A stretch of DNA of 64,000 nt from positions 1 to 64,000 of the IMG/VR virus record IMGVR_UViG_3300025961_000012. One strand, given 5' to 3'. Position numbers and translations under genes: made by a program. Positions 46,510-56,521 of the stretch are shown here, one piece after another; within the stretch, counting starts at the first letter, position 1; each line of letters begins with the position of its first letter. The stretch comes from a virus (lineage: Duplodnaviria; Caudoviricetes). Under the pieces are notes generated by a model. It did no database searches, had not been told where the DNA came from, and was given only the letters and a program-made list of their open reading frames with translations.

Positions 46510-48512
46510 TGCCTTGCGATTCGAGCATTCCAATTGTCCCGGTCAGCGGTTTTTTGGATCGCCGCAGCACGGTCGATTTGGTGCCATTCGGGGGCTATCG
46601 CCGGGCCGACAACGTAGATGTCACCACCAAGCAGCGCCTGTGTCGCGCCCGCGGGTGGACCAAACATCGCGACGCGGACCCTTACAACAATCAGGACCTG
46701 CACAATCAGCTCGTCGTCCCGGGGCTCGAGCAGTCGCCGACCTTGCTCTATCAGGCCCGCACAGGTGCTGGCTTCACGAAACTGTTCGCGGCCACACAGA
46801 ACCGGATTTATTCGGAGGTACCAGCCACGGGCAACTGGCGGTTGCTTTCCGACGAGTTTGGCGGTGAACCAGAGGATTGTTCGGAGATCCTGTGGAGCGC
46901 TGGGCACGTCGGCCAAATCGTGGTTTTCAGCAATAACGTGGATCCACCGGTGTCCAGCTTTGTTGACCAGGGGCCAAATGAGCCAAATAACCAGAGTGTA
47001 AGCCCAATTCGCGACTTGGAGCGGCTCAACGTGACGCGCGTCGGGCTCGTCATCGCGTGGAACAACGTGATGTTCTACATGGACGTGGAACAGGACGGCG
47101 TGCGCGTGCGCAATCGGGTGCTGTGGAGCGATTACAAGCGGCCCCTCTCGATCGTGCCCAACAAGGGCATCAGTCTGGCCGGCACGAGCGATTTGCTGTC
47201 AGGCGAGATTATCCTCGCGGCGGCGCCGATGGCCGATGCGCTCATGATTTACACGAGCATGAGGATCTGGGAGGTGCGCGTCAGCGGCGATGACAACGTG
47301 TTCTCGTTCAACAAACGGTACACGCACGAAGAGGGCAGCCGATGTCTGGCCTACAAACGCACGCTTGTAACGACTGGCTCAAGTCATTATTACATGGGAC
47401 GAGACGGGATTTACCGCTACTCGTTTTATGTCACTGAACCGGAACTTGTTGAATACATCCACCGGGCGAGTGCCGTCATCTTTGACGACATCAACACGGA
47501 GGCGTGCAATGCGCATTGTGCGGAGTTTTTCCCAGATCGCCGGCAGGTTTGGTTCTCGTGGGCGCGCGCCGGCGAGGCGTGTCCTGGCAATACGCTGGTT
47601 GTCGGGACCGAGTTTCCATTTTGCTCTGTCATCGACGAAGGTTTCACCGCGTTCGTCAACACGGAACCGCACAATAACCTGATCCTGCGCGATTGGATCC
47701 GGGACCTCTGCATCTGCACCACGGCGGAGCTTGTCGAGAACGGGTTCGGATTCATCAACGAAGGCGGTTATTGCACCCCTCAAAGTGACCCCGAATGTCC
47801 GACGCGGCCGCACTCGTTTTACACGCAGACGCCGCGCTACGAAGCGGACATCGACGTCACAACCGAGGAATGGACCCAGGCCACGCCCGATGCGGACTCG
47901 TTTGCGTCCCTGTTCCAGACGCTGACAGTTGACCAGCTTTGCAACACGGAATTCCTGGCCGGCGAATGCAACGCCAGCGCGACCTTCGTCATGGCGAGTT
48001 CCGTGGATAAATGCCTGAAGGACGCCGCAGAAGTGTTTTACCGTGAACACTGCACGTCCACGGTCGGCTGTGGGACCTACTCGAAGGACGGCTACAAGAG
48101 CCTGCTGACGTCCGGGGCCCTGCATTTCAACGCGCCTGACCGGGAAAAGATTGCGTCCTGCTTCCAGGTCGAGGCGCACCCGGAACCGGCAACGGTTCCT
48201 GGGCAGATGATCTTTCGAATTGGGGTGGCAACGCAGGCCATCGACCCGATCACGGCGTCCGGGCGCTGCATGATCGCCTGGGAGGAACAGGATCCGTTCG
48301 TGCTCGAGTGCCAAAGTGACCTGACGCTGGCTCAATCTCGCGCTGAAGGCACGTTTCCAGATCAACCGTTTGCCTGGCCGCTGTTTGCCAAGGGATTTTA
48401 CCTGTATTACGAGATCGAGATCGGCAATCCGCGCTCGACGCCGCGCGACACCGGCGCCGCCGTCTGCATTTCGCGCTATGATCTGACAGCTCGGCAGTTG
48501 AGCAAGTGTTGA
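46509..48512 (+). CDS. Tail tubular protein B / P22 gp10-like DNA stabilisation protein
   Basis: ATG at 46509; beta-propeller-like repeats (RVLWSD, YYMGRDGIY, QVWFSW); position after the adaptor. Confidence 0.7.
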   Translation: MPCDSSIPIVPVSGFLDRRSTVDLVPFGGYRRADNVDVTTKQRLCRARGWTKHRDADPYNNQDLHNQLVVPGLEQSPTLLYQARTGAGFTKLFAATQNRIYSEVPATGNWRLLSDEFGGEPEDCSEILWSAGHVGQIVVFSNNVDPPVSSFVDQGPNEPNNQSVSPIRDLERLNVTRVGLVIAWNNVMFYMDVEQDGVRVRNRVLWSDYKRPLSIVPNKGISLAGTSDLLSGEIILAAAPMADALMIYTSMRIWEVRVSGDDNVFSFNKRYTHEEGSRCLAYKRTLVTTGSSHYYMGRDGIYRYSFYVTEPELVEYIHRASAVIFDDINTEACNAHCAEFFPDRRQVWFSWARAGEACPGNTLVVGTEFPFCSVIDEGFTAFVNTEPHNNLILRDWIRDLCICTTAELVENGFGFINEGGYCTPQSDPECPTRPHSFYTQTPRYEADIDVTTEEWTQATPDADSFASLFQTLTVDQLCNTEFLAGECNASATFVMASSVDKCLKDAAEVFYREHCTSTVGCGTYSKDGYKSLLTSGALHFNAPDREKIASCFQVEAHPEPATVPGQMIFRIGVATQAIDPITASGRCMIAWEEQDPFVLECQSDLTLAQSRAEGTFPDQPFAWPLFAKGFYLYYEIEIGNPRSTPRDTGAAVCISRYDLTARQLSKC

Positions 48513-48556
48513 ATCGTCTTGCGTGATAGCCGTTTCAGGTATCCACTCAAAACGTT

Positions 48557-48880
48557 ATGCCAGATTTTGATGCCGGAACGTATCGACCTGCTGGGGGGAG
48601 TCCTGCGGCCGACTTGAGTATCACGTTCGGCGGGACCACGGCGGCACCAATACTCGGAGGCCCTATGAGTGATTTTTTTGCTCCAACTTACATTCCGAAC
48701 GGCGGGCATCCGCCTGGCGGGCCGACTTTACCGGCTGGCCTGGGCGGAGGCGGACGCCAGGAGGTTTACATCGATCGCGCCCCTTATCCTCCGGACGACC
48801 CTACAAAGCCTGCCGTGAATTATCCTGCTGGGGGTGGATCAGAGCAGCAGTGGGATGTTGCGAGCCAAAGCTGGACTTAA
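48557..48880 (+). CDS. Pro/Gly-rich small virion protein
   Basis: ORF between the gp10-like gene and the fibre gene. Confidence 0.55.
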   Translation: MPDFDAGTYRPAGGSPAADLSITFGGTTAAPILGGPMSDFFAPTYIPNGGHPPGGPTLPAGLGGGGRQEVYIDRAPYPPDDPTKPAVNYPAGGGSEQQWDVASQSWT

Positions 48881-48883
48881 TCT

Positions 48884-51800
48884 ATGAAATTTCTTACTTC
48901 GCTCCTTCTTCTCGTCGCTACGACCTGCTTCGGCGCCGTGCCGGACTATAAGGCATTTCGCGGGACCGGTGGCATAACCATCGTGTCCAATCCACCGACT
49001 GGCAGCATTGTCATCGATGGTTCTGCAATCTTCAGTCCCACAGGCGGCGTGTCGGCTACCGTGGCTTCGAACATCGCCACGTCCTACCACTCTTCCTCAA
49101 CGAATGCCCTGACTTGGCCGTTCACCAACATGCTGTGGAGCAAGACGGTATTCGTGGATTCAGGAATTGGCAATGATGCCACTTCGGCACGGGGCGATGC
49201 GTCCAAGCCTTCATTGACGTTGTCGAATGCCGTTGCCAGGTCATCGGCCGGTGACACCATCTACATGCGGCCCGGGACATACAACCTGGGCACCAATCCT
49301 GTCACGCTCAAGGAGGGGCAAACATTAACAGGGGACCGGAATGCGATCGTAGTTTATAGGGGCGGCCTGGTTACAAACGGCGTCGGCATCGTCATGGCGG
49401 ATAATGCGAGTGCATTTGGCTTCAGGCTCGACGCAACTAATGGGGTTGGCTTCGCTACAGCCGGCATCGGGACCTACGGCTTCGCTCTAGTGGGTTCTCA
49501 GGGTTCTTTCACAAACGCTACGATTCGGGATATTGAACTCCACGGCGATTCGGACGGCATCATAATCGTTCACAGCAACACCACGTCTTCGGTGATTCAT
49601 TACAATGACATCCACACCGCAGATGACACCATCGTTCTGGCTTCCGCTGGCTCTTCTGGCTGGGGGACCGACTTGAACTTCCATGACGTGCAGCACAACC
49701 GCCTTACGGTCACTCGGCCGAGTTTGTTCAATGCGGCTTCCCCGGTGAAATTCGTTGTGACCGGAAGCGGGCGAACCCTGTTCGCCAACAACTCTTTATT
49801 TATATCGAATGCGAATTCAGCGGTGTCGATGATCCAGCCGTCGTCGGACACCTCGATCGTGATGGTCGGCAATAACAGCTATTTCGTCGCGACCACCAAC
49901 GGCAGTTCGATTCTGGAATACGAGGATGCCAGCCCCTCTGGGAGCGCCACCCTGGTTGACCTCACTGGCACCATTGCTCCGACTTTGGTTACTCTCTCCG
50001 CCGGTGCCGGCACATTCACGCCGATGCACCAATCCACGACGTTATCAAATCTTCAGGCGTTCCCGGCTGGGCTCACGATAACGGCACCCTACCAAGCCGA
50101 CACAGCTCCATTGTGGAAAAACAAGTGGGGCGCCAACGGCGGCCTCACAATCGGCATAACGAATCCCGCGCCAATTGGCGGTATCCTAACAACTGGAACA
50201 GTGACCATGGGTGACCCGGTCACGAACATGGAGGTTAATGCCACCAGCGTCAGGATATTCCCCGGAAACACCGGTGCCACAAAATTCTTTCGCGTTGGTC
50301 AACCTGACGGGGTTTCAAAGTCGATGACTTATTCAAATGCGCAGCTCAGGATATTGAACGCGTCCAGCATCAGCACTTTTCTTCACGACGGTATCAATGG
50401 TTCTGGAACCACCACACTTCCGGGCTTTCTGAACGTAAGCAATGTCGCTACCTTCAATGGTCGAAGCGGATCCAGTTCACTTTCCCCGGCACTGATCGTT
50501 TCCCCCTATCAGGGCGTGGACTGGTCTGCCGACTTCCTTCAGTTCAAGAGCACCAACGGCACCGTGCTGTTTGCAGTCAACAGCAACAACCAAGTCACGG
50601 TTTACGCCCTCATTGGAGCTGGCACAAACCGGTTTCAGGTGCTCGACACCAACGGCAACAAGGTGGTGTTCGTAGATACCAACAACCTGCTTGGCGCAAG
50701 CAACCTGAACGTGGCTGGTTCCATGGAGATCACCAATAAAATTACGCAGAACGGTGGAGGCATTGGGGCTGACTTCTCTGGGGCCATTGTGGCTCGTGGC
50801 GGAAACATTCTGGACGCCAATGGCCCCGTGGATGGTGTGACGAGAATCAGCCTGACTGCCGGTGGGAGCGTTGCGGTGAATGGAACAAATGGCTCAGGTG
50901 CTCCCGGCGTCGTCGTCAATAAAAATGGCAATGTTCTGATTCCAAGCGGATCTCCGTCTGCTGGCAAAGTACTCACGGCTGTCGATGGCACTGGCCTTGC
51001 AACATGGAGCGCGGGCGGAGGGGGAGCCACGGCATTCAGCAATCTTGTCGACGTCTCCCTGGGTAGCATTGGCGGCCCGCTTCTGGACGGTGACACGTTG
51101 TTCTACAATCTGGCTGGGGGCTTCTGGTACAATCAAAATCCGTTCTTCCAGATCAACCTCACCATCACCGTGTTGACCAACATCACCATAAATGTCGGCA
51201 CCAACATGGAACAAAGCGTTGCCGTTCAAACGAGCAATTCCTTCGGAGTGGTTTACAGCGGAACACCAATGCCCGGCGAGAGGTACCACATCGCAGTGTT
51301 CAACACCAACAGGGTCGTGGACATCAACATGACCAACAATTCCTACAATCCGTTGGTGGCCAGCAACGTTACGGTCTACACGATCAAATCGAATTCCATC
51401 GCGTCGTTCACCTTCATCAATCGAACAAACTGGAACGCCGCCGGGACGAATCGCTGGGAATTGGATCGTGAGATTGCGAAAGAGATGGAATTGGTTCCCG
51501 GTTCCAACATCACGTTCACCACGAACGCATTCAGCAGCACGGTCACCGTGTCTTCGTCCGCTGGTGGCGGCAATGTAAGCTCCAATTCATCTGGAGGAAT
51601 TACTGCCATTGGAGTGTCTACCAACCTTTCACCGATGTACATAACTATGAACGGTGGATCGGTTAATTATCTTTCCTACACGCCAAGCACCCTGACGTTT
51701 GGTTCCACGGACACTGGAGTTCAGGACATCTTCTGGACTACGGCCAATGCACAATATCAGCTTGCCTATGGCACCGATTACAACGGGCTGATTCCGCTGG

Positions 51801-53245
51801 GTGGGGCTAATGATTTGGGAAGTTCGACTCATTATTGGGGCACTATATATGGCAGCAATGTTTTCATCAGAACCGGGGCTGGGCAGGCTCCTGCCGCTGG
51901 AAAGGTTCTCGTTGCCACTGATTCCAACGGACAGGTGGCGTGGAGTAATGCGCCTGTAATTGGATTGCAGTGTCCCGTGACCAATGGATTGATTTTGTTC
52001 ACACATCCGTTATCTGGTTTCAGCAGGAGCGGGTCAACCGTAACTGGATGGCAAGATGCTTCCGGACAAGGCAATCACTTGACGGCAGTTGGGACAGGGC
52101 TGGAGGTGATTGGCTCTGATCAAAGTGCATGTCTGTATTTTCCTTATGGTGGACAGCAGTATTTGACCAATCTAACACTGTCCATAAACAGCACAAATTG
52201 TTCTATCTTTATTGTGTTTTCTCCAGATGTGTTCGACGCAGGGCAGGCATCTGGAGTTACAAGTGGAGGATTGTGGGCATCTGCTGGACTCAATCCAAGC
52301 CTGCTGAACTTTTCACAATCCCACTCTGGAGTTAATAATGATGCTGGCAATTTTGTTCTGTATTACACGGGAGCCGGGGCCACTTTTACATCCCTATATG
52401 CAGAGGATGGAATTCAGTTTGGAGGATTGGTTAGCAATCCGCAGGGGGCTTATCTTAGATTAGCTGACAAATTATTCCCTGAAGCGGCAATAGACCAAAC
52501 CACTTCCACCGGAGTTACAATAGGAAATTTCAACAACACTTATTATTACAGCGGGAGAATGTTCGCAATTATGGCATACAATAGGCCGCTGCGATCTGAA
52601 GAAGTGGCATCCATTCGCCGATGGTCTTATTCTGCTTTCCAGATCCAGAACCGGATTGCTCAAGTGGCAATTATAGGGGACTCAATATCTGCCGGATATT
52701 TATCCAGTAATCAATGTTCGTGGGTAAAGCTGACATCGCTTGCTAGCCCGGAGCTTAAGGTGCAAAACTATTCCGTGACGGGAAGCACGATTACCCAATG
52801 GACTAACAAGACCGTTTATCCATATATCAACATCGTAAGCAATGGAATTGGAACAAACTTCGCATCCCGCATTGGCGTGATCGAGTTGGGTTCAAACGAA
52901 GCCGCCAATACCGTCCCTGACATAATGGGTCCGTTCACTAACCTTTGCACCCTGGCTAGGGCTTCTGGATTCACAAAGTTGATTGGTTCCACAATCCTTC
53001 CAAGAAATTTAAGCGCGACAAATGAGTGGTGCAGGACAAACTTTAACGCCCTTCTAATTGCAAGTGGAACTACATGGGTAGATGGAATCGCAAACATCGC
53101 TGGAGATCCAATCATGGGCCTGAATGCGACGGCTACTGGTGGAATTTTTTACAATGCGGATGCCGTTCATCCTAATTTGCTAGGCAGCGAATTACTGGAG
53201 CCTATTTACGAAAAAGAGATCAAAAGATTTCTTACAAGGCCATGA
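48884..53245 (+). CDS. 1453-aa fibre/spike-like protein: signal-peptide-like N-terminus, beta-helix, fibre repeats, LamG-like and SGNH hydrolase domains
   Basis: FVDSGIGND..TLSNAV..GDTIYMRPGTY; GKVLT..W repeats; GWQDASGQGNH..IMAYNRPL; IGDS..G..N..DAVHP. Confidence 0.75.
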   Translation: MKFLTSLLLLVATTCFGAVPDYKAFRGTGGITIVSNPPTGSIVIDGSAIFSPTGGVSATVASNIATSYHSSSTNALTWPFTNMLWSKTVFVDSGIGNDATSARGDASKPSLTLSNAVARSSAGDTIYMRPGTYNLGTNPVTLKEGQTLTGDRNAIVVYRGGLVTNGVGIVMADNASAFGFRLDATNGVGFATAGIGTYGFALVGSQGSFTNATIRDIELHGDSDGIIIVHSNTTSSVIHYNDIHTADDTIVLASAGSSGWGTDLNFHDVQHNRLTVTRPSLFNAASPVKFVVTGSGRTLFANNSLFISNANSAVSMIQPSSDTSIVMVGNNSYFVATTNGSSILEYEDASPSGSATLVDLTGTIAPTLVTLSAGAGTFTPMHQSTTLSNLQAFPAGLTITAPYQADTAPLWKNKWGANGGLTIGITNPAPIGGILTTGTVTMGDPVTNMEVNATSVRIFPGNTGATKFFRVGQPDGVSKSMTYSNAQLRILNASSISTFLHDGINGSGTTTLPGFLNVSNVATFNGRSGSSSLSPALIVSPYQGVDWSADFLQFKSTNGTVLFAVNSNNQVTVYALIGAGTNRFQVLDTNGNKVVFVDTNNLLGASNLNVAGSMEITNKITQNGGGIGADFSGAIVARGGNILDANGPVDGVTRISLTAGGSVAVNGTNGSGAPGVVVNKNGNVLIPSGSPSAGKVLTAVDGTGLATWSAGGGGATAFSNLVDVSLGSIGGPLLDGDTLFYNLAGGFWYNQNPFFQINLTITVLTNITINVGTNMEQSVAVQTSNSFGVVYSGTPMPGERYHIAVFNTNRVVDINMTNNSYNPLVASNVTVYTIKSNSIASFTFINRTNWNAAGTNRWELDREIAKEMELVPGSNITFTTNAFSSTVTVSSSAGGGNVSSNSSGGITAIGVSTNLSPMYITMNGGSVNYLSYTPSTLTFGSTDTGVQDIFWTTANAQYQLAYGTDYNGLIPLGGANDLGSSTHYWGTIYGSNVFIRTGAGQAPAAGKVLVATDSNGQVAWSNAPVIGLQCPVTNGLILFTHPLSGFSRSGSTVTGWQDASGQGNHLTAVGTGLEVIGSDQSACLYFPYGGQQYLTNLTLSINSTNCSIFIVFSPDVFDAGQASGVTSGGLWASAGLNPSLLNFSQSHSGVNNDAGNFVLYYTGAGATFTSLYAEDGIQFGGLVSNPQGAYLRLADKLFPEAAIDQTTSTGVTIGNFNNTYYYSGRMFAIMAYNRPLRSEEVASIRRWSYSAFQIQNRIAQVAIIGDSISAGYLSSNQCSWVKLTSLASPELKVQNYSVTGSTITQWTNKTVYPYINIVSNGIGTNFASRIGVIELGSNEAANTVPDIMGPFTNLCTLARASGFTKLIGSTILPRNLSATNEWCRTNFNALLIASGTTWVDGIANIAGDPIMGLNATATGGIFYNADAVHPNLLGSELLEPIYEKEIKRFLTRP

Positions 53246-54612
53246 GGGGTTTAATCATTATTACCCTGTTTTGGTATATCGCATTTTGTAATGGTGCAAC
53301 AATAACTGCTGTGTCGTGCAGTCTTCTTGATGTCAGTAATTCCGTCGCCAATGCCTCACAAGGCGACACGATTATCGTGCCATCTGGTAACGCGACGTGG
53401 ACGGACGAAATTAGAGTCAGCTATAAAAGTATTAGAATTATTTTTGCTGAAATAGGTCAAACAACCATCACTAGGGATACTACTGGGTCCAACTCTAAAA
53501 GGGCGCTTTTCTTTTTAATGGATACCACAAATACATGCTATCTCTCTGGAGCTACTTGGAGGACTGTTAATCCAGCTACATTTGGAATTATTGGATGGGG
53601 AACAGCAGGTCCATTCAAGCAGCAAAGTATCGCAAGATTTACGCGACTAAAGGTTATTTATACCCCAAGCGGAGCAGGAATAAGCGCAAGTGGATCAAGG
53701 GGAATTACTATATCTGGAGCCTACGGAGTAATAGACCATTGCTGGCTTGAATCCACGAATGCTTCAGGAGGACAGATGATTACGATAGACACGGATAACA
53801 ATGCCTCAACATCAAACACATGGCACACAGTTCAATCGCTCGGTGATACTAACTGCGTCTGTATTGAGGATTGTGTTTTCAGCGGATTTGCTCCGAATGA
53901 TGGGGCTATTGATATGTATGTCGGAATGAAAGCAACCGTTCGTTATTTCATCTCCACCAATACAAATTTCGGAACTCATGGCTACGATTCTTCAATTCGT
54001 TCATCTAAATCATTGGAATGTTACATGGGACAAATTTACAACACTGGAACACAAGCTGCGCCGGGTTATGCTTTCAAGCTACGCGGCGGCACTGGAGTGT
54101 TTTGGAGCAATACTGTTATAAACATTTCAGGAACCGGAATAGGGAGCGGGCTGACGCATCAATACTATCGAGCGGATACCAACTGCATATCCTTGGATAC
54201 GTGCCCAAGCATTTGCAACGGCTCATCTCTTGAGGATGGAAACTTTGACAGCTACGGATACCCCGGTCTGGACCAATCGGGGCGAGGCTCTTTCTCTGTC
54301 AGCAGCACATGGAAAAGCGGGGCGGCATCCTACGCAACGAACGATTACGAAGCGTTGGAGCCAGTTTACCAGTGGAACAACACCATTGATGGCACGAACT
54401 GGTTGCAAAGCGTCACGCTTAATCCGGGTCAGGATACGAACTACGTGGTTAATCCAACCCGGCTGATTCAGCCGAATCGGGACTATTATGACAACATTGC
54501 AAGACCAGGTTATGCGCCGCTTTCCTATCCGCATCCATTAGTGGTAGCTCAAGATGGAAACAACACCCCCCGCACCTCCCGCATTCGCGGAATCAGTTTG
54601 ATGGCAAGATGA
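53242..54612 (+). CDS. Secreted pectate-lyase-fold (beta-helix) protein
   Basis: Signal peptide; AVSCS..DV..A..GDTIIVPSG..TW; ends YAPLSYPHPL; low GC. Confidence 0.7.
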   Translation: MRGLIIITLFWYIAFCNGATITAVSCSLLDVSNSVANASQGDTIIVPSGNATWTDEIRVSYKSIRIIFAEIGQTTITRDTTGSNSKRALFFLMDTTNTCYLSGATWRTVNPATFGIIGWGTAGPFKQQSIARFTRLKVIYTPSGAGISASGSRGITISGAYGVIDHCWLESTNASGGQMITIDTDNNASTSNTWHTVQSLGDTNCVCIEDCVFSGFAPNDGAIDMYVGMKATVRYFISTNTNFGTHGYDSSIRSSKSLECYMGQIYNTGTQAAPGYAFKLRGGTGVFWSNTVINISGTGIGSGLTHQYYRADTNCISLDTCPSICNGSSLEDGNFDSYGYPGLDQSGRGSFSVSSTWKSGAASYATNDYEALEPVYQWNNTIDGTNWLQSVTLNPGQDTNYVVNPTRLIQPNRDYYDNIARPGYAPLSYPHPLVVAQDGNNTPRTSRIRGISLMAR

Positions 54613-54730
54613 ATTATGAACCTCGGAGTTGACCAGCCGAAGCGTAGCAAAGTTAACCATAACCGATGGCGTACCGAGTTGCAGTAATCTTTGGCTGTTC
54701 AACCCGCTGATCGCACGTTAACTTGAAACC

Positions 54731-55195
54731 ATGAAAAAGATCGCAATCGCAATCGCGCTGGCTGCTGCGCTGGCAAGCTGCCAGGCCCAGCGGGTGGCGC
54801 TGAGATTCGAGACGTTCGTAATCGGCAACGAAACCAACGAGTACGCTCTCGTCTCTTCGGAGCAGCTTTCCAACCATCAATGTTCGATTTACATTCACTC
54901 GAGCGAATACCCGACATACATCGCCGCCGGGTTCGCGTGCTACAACCAGCTTCAGTGGGTGGGATATGGCACCGCAGAAACGGATAACGAGTGGATGTTC
55001 GGATGGTCGATCAATACGCCATGCTCGGGCGCGGGCGCCCTGCTGGCAACCCCACAGCTCATGGAGGAGAAAGACATCCCTGGTTCCATCGCCCGATACC
55101 GAATGACAATTGACGGAATCGAACACAGGATAGTTCCGTTCAAAGATCAAACTGGCTGGAAATCGTTCAGGTTCTTGTGTGTCCCAACCCGCTAA
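54731..55195 (+). CDS. Secreted hypothetical protein (moron)
   Basis: MKKIAIAIALAAALASCQA signal (possible lipobox LASC). Confidence 0.65.
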   Translation: MKKIAIAIALAAALASCQAQRVALRFETFVIGNETNEYALVSSEQLSNHQCSIYIHSSEYPTYIAAGFACYNQLQWVGYGTAETDNEWMFGWSINTPCSGAGALLATPQLMEEKDIPGSIARYRMTIDGIEHRIVPFKDQTGWKSFRFLCVPTR

Positions 55196-55211
55196 ATCAA
55201 CCATCAAATGA

Positions 55212-55442
55212 ATGACCTTCAAGCAATGGGAAGAATGGCAGCGGTGGAGAGGGTCCACTGAAGAACGCATGAAAAGCGCTGAAGAAAAACTTTGTGAGCA
55301 GGATGAGAAGCTGGCCGAACTTCAAAATGCCGTCTCAGCGGTTCTCCAGAAGATTGCTGTCCCGCTGTTTTTCGTGTCCATTGGCGGCGTAGTGCTCGGC
55401 GGAATCGTGGTGGCGCTGGTTGGTAAACTGTTGACCAAATGA
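55212..55442 (+). CDS. Holin-like or haemolysin XhlA-like membrane protein
   Basis: N-terminal coiled coil plus C-terminal TM. Confidence 0.5.
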   Translation: MTFKQWEEWQRWRGSTEERMKSAEEKLCEQDEKLAELQNAVSAVLQKIAVPLFFVSIGGVVLGGIVVALVGKLLTK

Positions 55443-55445
55443 CTT

Positions 55446-55748
55446 ATGGATTTTGAAATGCAGTGGATGGCGATGAAGTTCCAGTTCGGAATGCTGCTGG
55501 GCCTGTCAGCGTGGGCATTGGCGCTCAACGTTACATTCGGCCTTGTAAACACTGGCTTGAAAGAGCTGGCAGAAAAGGTCATCCCTGAAGACAGCGACAG
55601 GATCAACGCGATATTCAAGACGCGCACCTATCGTGTAATTGCATGGCTCCTGGACAAGCTGATGCGGATTAAAATGCCGCAGCAAGGCAGGAAGCCCGGC
55701 GACACTCAGTTCATTCCGAAAGATCCACCACCACCAAACCAAACATGA
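55446..55748 (+). CDS. Membrane protein, holin candidate
   Basis: N-terminal hydrophobic helix, basic/Pro-rich tail. Confidence 0.45.
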   Translation: MDFEMQWMAMKFQFGMLLGLSAWALALNVTFGLVNTGLKELAEKVIPEDSDRINAIFKTRTYRVIAWLLDKLMRIKMPQQGRKPGDTQFIPKDPPPPNQT

Positions 55749-55918
55749 AAAAACTCGTATATCCCGCAATCCTGGCACTGGGCCTCATCGGCTCCGGCTG
55801 TGCAGTCATGAAGGGCGTCGTCAAAGACGTGGCGGCCGTCATCGAGAAAGCCGTTGACGTGCCGATCGGCGTTTACACCAACAGCGTCGACTCCGCAAAG
55901 AGCCTCATCGGCAAGTAA
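55745..55918 (+). CDS. Small lipoprotein, entericidin EcnA/B-like (57 aa, not in the ORF track)
   Basis: MKKLVYPAILALGLIGSGC-AVMKGVVKDV. Confidence 0.6.
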   Translation: MKKLVYPAILALGLIGSGCAVMKGVVKDVAAVIEKAVDVPIGVYTNSVDSAKSLIGK

Positions 55919-56139
55919 TGTGGGCGACCGCTGTCAAACTGGCGCTGTCGGTTCTGGGCTTCTTCTTCGAACGTTTCAAGAAGAGGGCTGAGGACACGCC
56001 GGAAAATAAGCGCGATGAAATCGATCAAGCCATCAACGATGGTGACGAGGGCCAGGTTAACAAGCTTCTTGATGACGCTGTGTCTGGCGACGGGGTGCGG
56101 CCTGTTGACAAAAACCCGCGTCCGAGTGATCCCTGCTGA
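55918..56139 (+). CDS. Inner-membrane spanin candidate
   Basis: N-terminal TM plus periplasmic helix; overlapped by a lipoprotein gene. Confidence 0.45.
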   Translation: MWATAVKLALSVLGFFFERFKKRAEDTPENKRDEIDQAINDGDEGQVNKLLDDAVSGDGVRPVDKNPRPSDPC

Positions 56140-56266
56140 CAAGGCCGTCGTCAGGATGCCCATGGGCGTGCCGTTCACCCCCACGAACGGCAGCGGTTAT
56201 TTCGTCCCCGACGCTCGAATGCAGGACATCCTGAAGCGCGGTTTGATTGGCACCAATGGCAACTGA
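56039..56266 (+). CDS. Outer-membrane spanin-like lipoprotein
   Basis: MVTRARLTSFLMTLCLATG-C lipobox; starts inside the previous gene. Confidence 0.5.
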   Translation: MVTRARLTSFLMTLCLATGCGLLTKTRVRVIPADKAVVRMPMGVPFTPTNGSGYFVPDARMQDILKRGLIGTNGN

Positions 56267-56480
56267 ATCCGAAAGAGCTGAACTCGCCCGACTGGCTGGA
56301 AGCTCCTCGCCGCTGGTGCAGGTGGTTCAATTCCCGAAGCTGGCTGATGCCCTCGGACCGTTCCTGCCGCGGGCGGCCATAGCCTTGCGCGATTGGGACG
56401 AGAAAGTTGAAGTGTGGCGCAAGAGCGTGCTGGCACAGCGCGAAACCGGTGGGTCACTGCCGACGCCACCGACACCTTAA
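56256..56480 (+). CDS. Hypothetical protein
   Basis: Overlaps the upstream stop. Confidence 0.5.
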   Translation: MATESERAELARLAGSSSPLVQVVQFPKLADALGPFLPRAAIALRDWDEKVEVWRKSVLAQRETGGSLPTPPTP

Positions 56481-56521
56481 TCATTGCACCTGCATAGATT
56501 CGGCGTAAAGGTTCTACCGAA

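Noticed and set aside
44932-54612. Diversity-generating retroelement acting on the fibres
   Set aside because: No reverse transcriptase and no TR/VR repeat pair seen in the window.
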